Below are positions 24,660 to 32,971 of a stretch of 33,144 nucleotides of DNA, one piece after another (the stretch's first letter is position 1; each line of letters opens with the position of its first letter). Made by a program: the position numbers and the translations under genes. The notes below the pieces were generated by a model. The model made no database searches, was not told the DNA's origin, and saw nothing but the letters and a program-made list of their open reading frames with translations. The DNA comes from a virus (Duplodnaviria; Caudoviricetes). The stretch lies in the IMG/VR virus record IMGVR_UViG_3300020181_000024, positions 1-33,144 of that record. One strand, 5' to 3'.

Positions 24660-26106
24660 CGGCCACCTCCACAGCCGACGGCAGCTCTGCCGACTGCCGC
24701 TCGTTCACCGCAGCGAGACGATCCAGCAGACCACCGCCTGCCGCGGCAGCGCTCGATCGGCGCCGGTCCGCGGCGATCCGCTGCCGCTGCGGCTCCGTGA
24801 ACCCAGCCATCTCCAGCGTCACGTCAGAGTCAGCGGGCAGAACACCGGCCTGCACGAGCTTGACCGTGGCGTCCACCTGGGCGGCGACTGTCGGCGTCGC
24901 CGGGTTCCGCCACACCGTTTCGATGCGGCGCGTCTTGTCCGGCGGCTCCCCGTCTCGCACCCACAGGGCGAGCCGCATGGCTTGCTGCCATCCAGCCCCG
25001 AACCGGCGGATACGCCGCTCCGCCTTCTTCACCTGCCGGTTGTCCGCGAACCGGATCGCGTCCGCACTGGCCGGGTTGTCGCTGCTGTAACCGAGAACGT
25101 GAGGGGCCACCGACATCTGCGACGCCATGATCCGGGCATACAGGTCGATGATCTTCGTCATGCCCGTCGGGTCGTGCGCCGAGAACTGGCCCACGTCCGG
25201 CACATTGCCGTCCTCGTCCCGCTCCAACGCGAGCACCCGGCCGATGTACGTCTCCCAGGCCGACTTCGCCGTACCGTCAGCATCCTGGAACGCCGACTCC
25301 GAAGCCCCCAGGATGTAACGCTGCGGGGCGCCGAAGAACTCCGCCGCAACCTCCATGCCCATCAGCCTGCGGCAAGCCGCATCCGTGATCGACATGACCT
25401 CGGGGGTGATCTCAGACTTGCCGACCCGGTCCGCCGTCCGCTGCCGGTTCGCCAACCTGACCACCGGCACGACACCCAGGCCGTGCATGTCCCGGTCGAC
25501 AACCTCCCAGCCGCCCGACTCCGACGGCAAGCACATCACCGTCTGATCCGGCAGATAGAGGACCAGCATCCGCTCCTCGGGCCCCGCCTCGATGAACGAG
25601 TCGGCGGCGCACTCGCGGAGCGCCGCCGTGCCCATCCGCAGGCGGGCGTCCCACATCAGCGTCATATCCAACGGCGACTCTGCGGTGATCAGCGGCGGAC
25701 AGTCGTCCGTCCCGCAGCCACCCGAACCCACGGCCAGATACTCCCGGCCGTACACGAAAGAGTCCAGGTGAGCGAGGCTCGACTCGTCGAACAGATCGTT
25801 CGCCTCGGCGATCTCCGTCAACTCCGACGAATCCGAGCCATCCCCCCAACGGAAGGCCTCCAGATCGAGGCGCTCCTCAAGCGACTCGACACCGACACGC
25901 GGCCAGCCGATGACCGTGTGCAGGCCTTTGAGCTGCGGCGGGATCGAAATGCCCAAGTCGCGGATCAGCTGCTCGCCGTTGAAGTACGCGTCCCGCAGCA
26001 GCAGTTCGTACCGGTCCCGCTGCATGTCCGCACGCAGCAGGTTGATCAGGGCCTGCTCCTCATCCGACAGATACACCAGCGGAAGCTCAGGGATGGACAG
26101 GGTCAT
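24640..26106 (-). CDS. Portal protein (SPP1 gp6-like)
   Basis: YFNGEQ, IGWPRVGV, GKSEIT, AEFFGAPQRYILG, NPASADAI; follows the terminase. Confidence 0.92.
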   Translation of the reverse strand: MTLSIPELPLVYLSDEEQALINLLRADMQRDRYELLLRDAYFNGEQLIRDLGISIPPQLKGLHTVIGWPRVGVESLEERLDLEAFRWGDGSDSSELTEIAEANDLFDESSLAHLDSFVYGREYLAVGSGGCGTDDCPPLITAESPLDMTLMWDARLRMGTAALRECAADSFIEAGPEERMLVLYLPDQTVMCLPSESGGWEVVDRDMHGLGVVPVVRLANRQRTADRVGKSEITPEVMSITDAACRRLMGMEVAAEFFGAPQRYILGASESAFQDADGTAKSAWETYIGRVLALERDEDGNVPDVGQFSAHDPTGMTKIIDLYARIMASQMSVAPHVLGYSSDNPASADAIRFADNRQVKKAERRIRRFGAGWQQAMRLALWVRDGEPPDKTRRIETVWRNPATPTVAAQVDATVKLVQAGVLPADSDVTLEMAGFTEPQRQRIAADRRRSSAAAAGGGLLDRLAAVNERQSAELPSAVEVAGGDDGF

Positions 26107-27779
26107 CGCAGCACCACCACCCGTCCCGACTTGCCGGTCTTCTTACGGCCAAGGCCCTTAGCCATCGCATCCACGCGGCACTGCCAAGCAAGGACAGCAG
26201 CGATCGCCGCGTCGATCTTCCTGGGGCTGTCCGGGTGTTCCTTCATGATCTGGATGCCGCTGCGCGATTCGCGGCGCCGGGCGTTCAGAATGTGCCTAGT
26301 CAGCACGCTCGACCCGTCGTGAGACAGTTCGCCATCCGTCACGCTCGACCGGAACTTCTCCAGGGCCCGCACGATCTGGATCGACCGTCCGCCTGTCATC
26401 CACCACTCGATCGGATGCTGCGTCGACGACTTCACCTTCAACTTCCGGCCGAACTTGGCTTCCCAGGCAGCGACGTGCGACTCCCACTTCGCCGGGTCGG
26501 CGTACATGCCAACCACCTTGTAGTTCCGGAAGGCGTCCTCGACCGCAGCCAAAACCTCAACCGTTGGCACTTGCCAGTCCGCACCGAACGGACCCTCTGG
26601 CTGTTCCCAACAGCCGATCAGGAACAGGTGGCCGTCCGAGACCCTGCAACCGACAAGCGCGGTCGCATCTGTCACGCCGCGGTTGCGGCGGCGTGAGCCG
26701 TCGAAGCCAAGGACCACTTCGTCCTGCTCAACGACGACCTTCTCTGCCGCAGCGACGGCCGCCCACTCCGGCTGGCTGATCCACCCGTCCGTAGCATGCG
26801 TGACCTGGTTCAGGTAGTACCGGCGGGCATCCTGCGGGTCGGTGTCCGGGTCCCAGTACTCGGCGAGCAGCCGACGCAGGTTCACCCAGCCGCCGTTCCG
26901 GTCAGCGGAGTCGCCATACGCCACCGCCAGGCCGTCCATCAACGACCGCTCATTCGCCGGATCTGTCTCTGCTGGGGCCTCACGGTGATCGAACAACAAG
27001 CCGTCGTCCAGCTTCAGCTTGCCTTCCTGCTGCTTCGTCCACGCCTCGAACGAGCGCTCCGCCACCGAACCCTCGCCTGGAATGAAGGCGTTAGGCGTCT
27101 CCACCGAGCAGCCGTTCACCTTGCCCAGGTTGCGTCTGATCGTCGCGGCGAGCTTCCGACCGCCATTCGACGGGATCCAGGACTCGGTCTGGTCCATCGC
27201 CGAGAACACCGGCCGGAATCCCTCGCGGCTGGTACCGGAGCTGGTCACGAACTCGACGCGCCCGCGGGGCACATTGACGAAGGTCTCCATTGGCTCGATG
27301 TCGTAGGCATCCAGCACCGGGCCGCCTCGCGCCATCTCCAGCAGCGGGTCCCAAGTATTCGCCGTCTGATCTTCCGAAACGGCGACGATCTGCACCTTCG
27401 CCTTGAAGCCGAGCGAGGTCCACGGCCGCCCCACCGGCTCCCCCTCGGCGTCCCAGCCGTCCGGCACTACATCTGCCAGCGCCTCCGCCAGGCACAGTGC
27501 AGCGACGAGCGGCGACTTTCCCCAGCCCTTCGGTCGGGACAAGACCGCACGCCGGATCCGACGCCCATTTCGAAGCGCACGCCCGCCGATGGCCGGCCCC
27601 TTGAAGGCCGGATCGATGGCGTACAGCTGGAGCACGAACATCGCCTGCTCGTCCGTGAACACGAGAGGCTCGCCAGCCGCGGGGCCATCAGGAACGATCA
27701 GATTGTCCGCGATCCAGCCGAGTACCTGGTAGCCCAGGGTCGGGATCTCGCCGGGGTAGGCCGGTCCACGCCATGGCAT
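26103..27779 (-). CDS. terL: Terminase large subunit
   Basis: ATG 27779 (MPWRGP); Walker A RPKGWGKS, Walker B-like SAMDQ, nuclease LGFDGS, DATAL, KIDAAIA. Confidence 0.93.
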   Translation of the reverse strand: MPWRGPAYPGEIPTLGYQVLGWIADNLIVPDGPAAGEPLVFTDEQAMFVLQLYAIDPAFKGPAIGGRALRNGRRIRRAVLSRPKGWGKSPLVAALCLAEALADVVPDGWDAEGEPVGRPWTSLGFKAKVQIVAVSEDQTANTWDPLLEMARGGPVLDAYDIEPMETFVNVPRGRVEFVTSSGTSREGFRPVFSAMDQTESWIPSNGGRKLAATIRRNLGKVNGCSVETPNAFIPGEGSVAERSFEAWTKQQEGKLKLDDGLLFDHREAPAETDPANERSLMDGLAVAYGDSADRNGGWVNLRRLLAEYWDPDTDPQDARRYYLNQVTHATDGWISQPEWAAVAAAEKVVVEQDEVVLGFDGSRRRNRGVTDATALVGCRVSDGHLFLIGCWEQPEGPFGADWQVPTVEVLAAVEDAFRNYKVVGMYADPAKWESHVAAWEAKFGRKLKVKSSTQHPIEWWMTGGRSIQIVRALEKFRSSVTDGELSHDGSSVLTRHILNARRRESRSGIQIMKEHPDSPRKIDAAIAAVLAWQCRVDAMAKGLGRKKTGKSGRVVVLR

Positions 27780-27783
27780 CGGC

Positions 27784-28272
27784 TCACCCCCTGTCAGCCT
27801 CACCTTCCTGGCCGGGTTTGAGCACCCGCAGCTTCGCGTACCGCTCCTTCGCCGCATCGGCGCCCGACGATCCCTGCCCACCGTCTGCACCGTCCGCCTC
27901 GGCGAACGCCATCCTCAAGCGGGCGCGATCTTCCATCGTGGCTCCGTGCTTGGCCACGCGAAGGCGAAGTTCGCCAGCCACCGACAAGTCCCCCCGCCAG
28001 AAGCGAGCGTGTATCAGGGCGGTATCAAGCAGGAAGTCCCAGTCCGTTGAACCGAAGTGCTCCGCCTGCGGCGAGTCGACCCACATCTGCCACCACTCGC
28101 GGGTGCGCTCTGGCCACACGAACTCGACCAGGTCGCCGTCCTGCTCGATCCGGAAGTCCGGCAGTTCGGGCGCCTCGGCCTTCTCGAACCGCAGGATCGT
28201 CTGCGGCTGAGCATCCTTGTTCCGCCGCGCCCGCCGAGAGGGATCCTTCGGGGCCGGCCCGGTGCCTGCCAT
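27784..28272 (-). CDS. terS: Terminase small subunit
   Basis: MAGTGPAPKD..RARRN, WPERTREWW, ELRLRVAKHGAT.EDRARLR typical of actinophage small terminases. Confidence 0.85.
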   Translation of the reverse strand: MAGTGPAPKDPSRRARRNKDAQPQTILRFEKAEAPELPDFRIEQDGDLVEFVWPERTREWWQMWVDSPQAEHFGSTDWDFLLDTALIHARFWRGDLSVAGELRLRVAKHGATMEDRARLRMAFAEADGADGGQGSSGADAAKERYAKLRVLKPGQEGEADRG

Positions 28273-28279
28273 CTCGACC

Positions 28280-28520
28280 ACCCCCAGATCCCAGACCCGT
28301 ACAGAACGACGGCGTGTAAACGGTCCCGATCCCCGAAGATCCCCACCAGGGGGGTATCCCCCCTGGTGGATCACGGGTGAGCCAGCGGCCGGCGAGCCCG
28401 TCAGGGATGGCGGCGAGGTTGCCGCTCGTGTGCCGGGCCGGCGAGCGAGTGTGATCGTCGATCGCCTACAGCTTTGATCTTCACCGTTTCGCTTCGTCGA
28501 TCGAGTTGATCAGTCGATGC
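28280..28520. other. Putative cos/packaging region
   Basis: Non-coding, directly upstream of terS and near an HNH gene; perfect palindrome CCACCAGGGGGG-TAT-CCCCCCTGGTGG (28343-28369); direct repeat GGCCGGCGAGC (28387, 28436). Confidence 0.5.
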
Positions 28521-28787
28521 TCGACGTGATGACCATGAGCACATGACCATCGGCTCACCCTGCCTGCCTCACCTGTGCCGTGCTCGTCGGCCCTGCCTAG
28601 TGGGCGGCGTGCGGGTAGGGCGGCCGACGCTTGGCATGCTGGTCTGCCTGCTGCCTCGGCGTCGATGAGGTCTTGTTCGTTGGCTGATCACTTCTCTTTC
28701 TCGACTTGCTGATCCTCGGTGAGATGGGGTTGTGCAGGTGGAGGGGCAAGCTGAGTCGGTGGTACGGCACGCTGCTCGGCGTGTGGG

Positions 28788-29033
28788 TCAGCGTCGTCGC
28801 CGGCCTGCGTTGGCTCGGCTGCCGGTGTAGGTCCCGGTGTTGCGGCGGTGGAGGAGCTGGCAGTAGCCGCGTGCTCTTGCTCCCATGTAGCGGCTGAGTT
28901 GGCGGTTGCACCTTGTCCAGTCGCCTGGTGTTCCCCATCGGATCTTGGCTGCGCCTGGTCCGGTGCTCCAGTAGCGGCGGAGTGCGGCGGCGTTGCCGCG
29001 TCCGCCTCGTCCCTTGGATGCCACAGGTCTCAC
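28788..29033 (-). CDS. Small basic phage protein (GAAKIRWGTPGD motif)
   Basis: LRRYW..GPGAAKIRWGTPGDWTRC...GYCQLLH; GTGA overlap with upstream gene; the true start may be a GTG three codons later. Confidence 0.7.
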   Translation of the reverse strand: MRPVASKGRGGRGNAAALRRYWSTGPGAAKIRWGTPGDWTRCNRQLSRYMGARARGYCQLLHRRNTGTYTGSRANAGRRRR

Positions 29034-29251
29034 TCCTTCTGCGGCGCGGGCTCCTGGTCGGGGTCCTGTGGTTCGTCTACCCGCTGGATGCTGGCGCCTT
29101 GCCCGCTGGGGATGGCGAGGCAGATGCCGTCGCTGTCGGCGAGGATGGCCCAGCCTGCTTCGAATCGCAGGGTGAGGGCGGGGTCTTCGATGAGGACGTC
29201 GTCACGACGCTGGTCCCTGGGGTGGACGATGAGGTAGGCCGCCATGGTCAC
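29030..29251 (-). CDS. Hypothetical protein
   Basis: Overlaps the HNH stop; protein-like composition. Confidence 0.65.
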   Translation of the reverse strand: MTMAAYLIVHPRDQRRDDVLIEDPALTLRFEAGWAILADSDGICLAIPSGQGASIQRVDEPQDPDQEPAPQKE

Positions 29252-29541
29252 CTCAGTCCGGGATGCGGTTCCTGCGGCCTCGTCCGTCCAGGCCGCGGGT
29301 TGGCGCGCTGTGCGTCGTTCCCTTCCCGGCTGGACTTCTGATCATGGCAGGGTCCGCAGACGCCCTGGAGTCCTTCGGGCCGGTGATCATCCGTCTTAGC
29401 CTTGATGTGATCGCAGTGGGTGCTGGGCCGCACGCCACACAGAACGCACGTACTGTCGCGCGCCAGAATCTCGGCGCGGATCCTCGCCCACTGGGGCGGG
29501 AGTCGCTTACGCCTGTCCGAGTTCTGCCAGCCTCCGGCCAC
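29248..29541 (-). CDS. HNH endonuclease (packaging-associated type)
   Basis: CVLC...CDHI...DH..GLQGVCGPCHDQKS; GGAGG RBS; close to the terminase genes. Confidence 0.88.
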   Translation of the reverse strand: MAGGWQNSDRRKRLPPQWARIRAEILARDSTCVLCGVRPSTHCDHIKAKTDDHRPEGLQGVCGPCHDQKSSREGNDAQRANPRPGRTRPQEPHPGLR

Positions 29542-29551
29542 GGCCGCCTCC

Positions 29552-29756
29552 CTACTCCTCGGGGGCTGCGTTCGGTGGTGCTGCTGGGTGACCAGCCGGC
29601 GAAGCCGGCGCGTCGGTCGGTGGGGCTGCCTGCGATGGCGACGTCGTAGAGCCGGACGGCTGTCTCCTCAGCTCGTCGGAGTGCGCCGTCTGCGCCGGTG
29701 ATCTCGGCGGTGATGTCGCGGATGCCGTCGGACAGCTTCACCGTCACGTCAGGCAT
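29552..29756 (-). pseudogene. Small hypothetical gene with an apparent one-base frameshift just before its natural stop
   Basis: ATG 29756 (MPDVTVKLSDG...); removing one base from the G5 run at 29561-29565 gives ...ERSPEE-TAG ending at the HNH RBS; as written it reads through HNH to 29253. Confidence 0.5.
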
Positions 29757-30471
29757 CGGGGGTGTGCGCAGCGTTGGGCGTGGGGCAGGCGTGCGGGTTC
29801 TCGGCGGTCCACCGTCCCCAGGTTCGGCAGCCATCGCAGTGCTCCCAGCCGCCTGCGGTGATTTCGCTGTAGTTGTACGGGGTGCCGTCGGGGTGCTTCG
29901 GGCGACCAGTCGACGTCTCGTCGTCGCTTTCTTGGTTGCCGTTGAGGGCGCCGTCGATGAGGTCGGCGACGGGTCCCCACGTGCGGGTGGTGGCGCGGAT
30001 GCGGGCCGACTCCTGGCGAACGCGGTCCAGCTTCTCGGCCTGCGTGTCGCGCTGCTTCCGCACTCCGGCGGCGGCGTTGCGGATGTCGTCCCAGTCGCGG
30101 AGCCGGTCGAGGCCGAGGGCGTCGGTGAGGGAGGCCTTGCGCTCCTGCTCGATGGTGTAGCGCTTCTCCATGAAGGCCTTGAGTTTCTCTTCGGCCTGGA
30201 TGGCGCGCTCGTCAGCACGCTGAGGTTCGGCTCGCTCATCCGCCTCGCTGTCGCGGAGGTAGGCGCTGGTGTCGTTGGCGGGGATGTCGATGCGGCGGTC
30301 GACGAAGAGGACTCCTCGGGCGCCGATCTTCTTGCCGAAGGCGTCCCAGTAGTCGGTGAGGGCAGCGTGAGCGTCGAGCGTGTCGACGTCCCACTCGTCT
30401 ACGACGAGGATGAACGGCGGCCGGTCGTCGTCGGCACCCGAGGGAAGCTCGAGGATCTGCAGGCGGGCCAT
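29749..30471 (-). CDS. Hypothetical protein with coiled coil and C-terminal Zn-ribbon-like motif
   Basis: TGATG-coupled ATG at 30471 (MARLQILELP); HCDGC...HAC. Confidence 0.75.
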   Translation of the reverse strand: MARLQILELPSGADDDRPPFILVVDEWDVDTLDAHAALTDYWDAFGKKIGARGVLFVDRRIDIPANDTSAYLRDSEADERAEPQRADERAIQAEEKLKAFMEKRYTIEQERKASLTDALGLDRLRDWDDIRNAAAGVRKQRDTQAEKLDRVRQESARIRATTRTWGPVADLIDGALNGNQESDDETSTGRPKHPDGTPYNYSEITAGGWEHCDGCRTWGRWTAENPHACPTPNAAHTPDA

Positions 30472-30731
30472 CAGCCGGTCACCGCCTCGTAGGTGGCGGC
30501 GAAGACGTCGTCTCGGCAGGGGTAGAACTCGCCCTGCACGCCCTTGATGATCCAGTCTCCGTACTGGAACTGAACCCACGTGTCGTGGAGTCGGTCGTAG
30601 ACGTGGAAGTCGCGGTCGACGTCGTTGAGCTTGACGAGCCCGTTGGTGAAGTCGATCAGCTCTCGCATGGACACGTCCTCGGTCCACTGCACGGCTTCGA
30701 TCTCGACGGGCTTCTTGCGGTAGCGGGCCAT
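30471..30731 (-). CDS. Widespread conserved phage hypothetical protein (YRKKPVEIEA...GEFYPC family)
   Basis: MARYRKKPVEIEAVQW...GDWIIKGVQGEFYPCRDDVFAATYE is a recognisable cross-phylum phage family. Confidence 0.85.
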   Translation of the reverse strand: MARYRKKPVEIEAVQWTEDVSMRELIDFTNGLVKLNDVDRDFHVYDRLHDTWVQFQYGDWIIKGVQGEFYPCRDDVFAATYEAVTG

Positions 30732-30919
30732 CAGCGGGTCACCGCCTTGGGCTCCTCGACGAGGAGGATGCTGAGGACGTTGTCGCTGGGGATGAGGGCG
30801 ACGTCTCGGCCGTTGGCGTCGGTGAAGCGGTACTGGCCTTCGTCGATGTCCTTCTCGACTTTGGCGGCGGTGACGGTGTCGTCGAGACCGAGGGTGTAGG
30901 TGATGTTGTAGCGGGCCAT
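30731..30919 (-). CDS. Hypothetical protein (62 aa)
   Basis: ATG 30919 after GGAGCCCGGGCC; MARYNITYTLGLDDTVTAAKVEKD... Confidence 0.75.
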   Translation of the reverse strand: MARYNITYTLGLDDTVTAAKVEKDIDEGQYRFTDANGRDVALIPSDNVLSILLVEEPKAVTR

Positions 30920-30944
30920 GGCCCGGGCTCCTGTGGGGTGGTGG

Positions 30945-31367
30945 TCAGGGTTTCCAGCGGGGTCCGCGTAGTGCGGCGGGCACCTGGCTGGGGATGATGG
31001 GTGGGGTGGCGAGGATGTCGCCGAGGCTGAGGCGACCGCTGTCGCGGGGCTGCGGTTCGGGCGGCTGGGTCCGGTCGAGTCCGGCGAGGATCTCGGGCGT
31101 GATGCCGTGGGCGTGCGCGAGGTCCACCAGTTCAGGGCAGTCGTTGACGGACTCGATGCTCGGGAGTCCCCAGTCGTCGAGTCCGCATCCTTCGCAGGCT
31201 CCGGCAAACGCGGGGAAAGCCGGGTCGAGCCGGTGTCGGTTGAGGATGCGCCGGTCTGCGTCGCAGCGGAGGCGAACGCCCTCGGTCTGGCTGGACGGCC
31301 ACTCGTTTTCGTCCAGCAGCAGCTCGACCTGCTCAACTTGCTGGGTGATCCAGGCGTGGAGATCCAT
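30945..31367 (-). CDS. Hypothetical protein, DUF6221-like
   Basis: MDLHAWI...LRCDADRRILNRH...CEGC...CPELVDLAHAHG. Confidence 0.7.
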   Translation of the reverse strand: MDLHAWITQQVEQVELLLDENEWPSSQTEGVRLRCDADRRILNRHRLDPAFPAFAGACEGCGLDDWGLPSIESVNDCPELVDLAHAHGITPEILAGLDRTQPPEPQPRDSGRLSLGDILATPPIIPSQVPAALRGPRWKP

Positions 31368-31388
31368 GGCGCGGGCTCCGGGGTGGGG

Positions 31389-31640
31389 TTAGAGGTCGCG
31401 GGGCGTGGCGATCCACATCCCGCCGTGGATGAACGGGCAGTTCGGCAGGGGCGCGGACGCGATCACGTCGGACCACTCGCGGTTGATCGCGGTGTGCGGG
31501 TCGCAGTTGTGGACGTGACCGGGTTGAGCCCGGAACCGGAGTGCGACGGTTGCCTTCTCTGTGCAGCCTTCCCAGCCGCACAGACTGAGATCTTCCTGCA
31601 CTGTCCCGGCAGGCTCCGTCCTGCTATCCGTCTGTTCCAT
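31389..31640 (-). CDS. Cys/His-rich hypothetical protein
   Basis: GAGGAG RBS; CGWEGC...CDPH. Confidence 0.65.
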   Translation of the reverse strand: MEQTDSRTEPAGTVQEDLSLCGWEGCTEKATVALRFRAQPGHVHNCDPHTAINREWSDVIASAPLPNCPFIHGGMWIATPRDL

Positions 31641-31661
31641 GGACCGTCTCCTCGGTGCGGC

Positions 31662-31901
31662 TCAGCGGTGGGTGAGGAGGAAGATGGTGCGCTTGCCGAA
31701 GCAGAGGCCGATCTCCCAGCTGCTGTTGTCGCGGGCGATGTGGATCGGGGTGAGGTGGAGCTGCCAGAGCCAGCGGCTGCGCCAGTAGGTGCGGTAGCCG
31801 AACGGCTGAGCGTGCCCGATCTTGAGGGCCTTCCAATGCCACGGCTTTTCACCGCGCCACACGGTCCTGATCAAGCGGGTGCTGTCGGCGGTCGTGCTCA
31901 T
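31662..31901 (-). CDS. Trp-rich hypothetical protein (79 aa)
   Basis: ATGA overlap at 31898-31901, GGAG RBS; MSTTADSTRLIRTVW... Confidence 0.65.
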   Translation of the reverse strand: MSTTADSTRLIRTVWRGEKPWHWKALKIGHAQPFGYRTYWRSRWLWQLHLTPIHIARDNSSWEIGLCFGKRTIFLLTHR

Positions 31902-32215
31902 GTCGGCTCCTGGGTGGCGATGCCAAGCGGGCCCGTGATCTCGTACTGGTCGAGCTGGCTGAGTGTGTAGCCGAGTAGGGCCCGCAGCAGCGCCCGTTCG
32001 CGTGCGCTGTAGGGGATGCCGCCGGGCTGGTCGATGTAGCTGAACGTCTCGCCGTCGGACCACGCGTACAGCAGCGTGACGGGCTTCTGCTTGATCTGGG
32101 CGTTGTCGCGGTCAGCTCGGGCAGCGTCGAGTCGGCAAGCGGACGGCCCACCGGGACAGCAGTCATCGTTGTCGCGACACTGCTCGACGAGCGAGGTGAT
32201 GGGGTCGGTGGCCAT
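31898..32215 (-). CDS. Hypothetical protein
   Basis: Start preceded by the GGAGCCCGCGCC motif. Confidence 0.7.
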   Translation of the reverse strand: MATDPITSLVEQCRDNDDCCPGGPSACRLDAARADRDNAQIKQKPVTLLYAWSDGETFSYIDQPGGIPYSARERALLRALLGYTLSQLDQYEITGPLGIATQEPT

Positions 32216-32233
32216 GGCGCGGGCTCCGTGGGG

Positions 32234-32437
32234 TCAAACGATGGGGGTCCCGCACCACTGACAGCGCGGGGCGATGCTGTGCGATGCGCCACGTCCGTGG
32301 CGTCCGCGCTTGTGGAGGTACCGCATGCGCGCTGCGTAGACCCTGGAGTACACGGCCACATAGGCGCTGTATAGGCCGCCTCCCTCACGCCTGAAGCTGG
32401 GGATGCGGCGATAGGCGAACCGCTGTGTGGCGTTCAT
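32234..32437 (-). CDS. Small basic hypothetical protein
   Basis: Start preceded by GGAGCCCGCGCC; C-terminal CQWCG. Confidence 0.7.
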   Translation of the reverse strand: MNATQRFAYRRIPSFRREGGGLYSAYVAVYSRVYAARMRYLHKRGRHGRGASHSIAPRCQWCGTPIV

Positions 32438-32453
32438 GGCGCGGGCTCCGGGG

Positions 32454-32702
32454 TCAGGTGAGGCGGTATCCGGCGTGGTCGTAGTAGTCGATTCCGCCGA
32501 GTTCGATGCGGTCGCCGACGAGCGTGAACCACGGGCTCATGGTGGCGGCGGCTTCGGGGGCATCGGGGGCGAGCCAGGAGAGCACGACCCAGTCCCCTTC
32601 GCGGCGACGGGAGAGTTCACGACCGGTGAGTAGGTGCTGATGCCTGTCGAAGTCGCCTTCGATGCGGGCATCAACTCGGAGTTCGACTGACCGCTCGGTC
32701 AC
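32454..32702 (-). CDS. Hypothetical protein
   Basis: GTGA overlap at 32699-32702. Confidence 0.65.
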   Translation of the reverse strand: MTERSVELRVDARIEGDFDRHQHLLTGRELSRRREGDWVVLSWLAPDAPEAAATMSPWFTLVGDRIELGGIDYYDHAGYRLT

Positions 32703-32950
32703 GTCAGGTCGTCTTCGGCTGCGATGACGATGCGGCGGGCGAACATGGTGAGGGTGACGGTCACGGCTTCGTCATCGGCGATCTCCCCGATGTGGATCTT
32801 TGCTCCGGCGGGGATCAGTACCTCAGTACCGTTAATGCGAACCTTGCTCGGGACGAGGACGGGCGCATCGCCGCCCGGATCGATGATCTCGATGTCGGCA
32901 CCGCGCCGTTCCGTGAGCGCCTTCTCGAACTTGCCGCTAACGGGTTCCAT
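32699..32950 (-). CDS. Hypothetical beta-rich protein
   Basis: Start preceded by GGAAGGCCCGCGCCC; KVRINGTEV...VTVTLTMFA. Confidence 0.7.
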   Translation of the reverse strand: MEPVSGKFEKALTERRGADIEIIDPGGDAPVLVPSKVRINGTEVLIPAGAKIHIGEIADDEAVTVTLTMFARRIVIAAEDDLT

Positions 32951-32971
32951 GGGCGCGGGCCTTCCGTGGGG

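Noticed and set aside
22077-24800. 907-aa plus-strand ORF, and similar long ORFs such as 14148..15422, 16245..17795, 18617..20044, 24982..26322
   Set aside because: Antisense shadows of clear minus-strand structural genes; stop-poor frames are expected at this GC content and the translations carry no recognisable motifs.
28597-28938. 113-aa minus-strand ORF and 28706..28897 plus-strand ORF
   Set aside because: Both overlap a better-supported gene, have no RBS and have low-complexity composition; the region is more plausibly non-coding packaging DNA.
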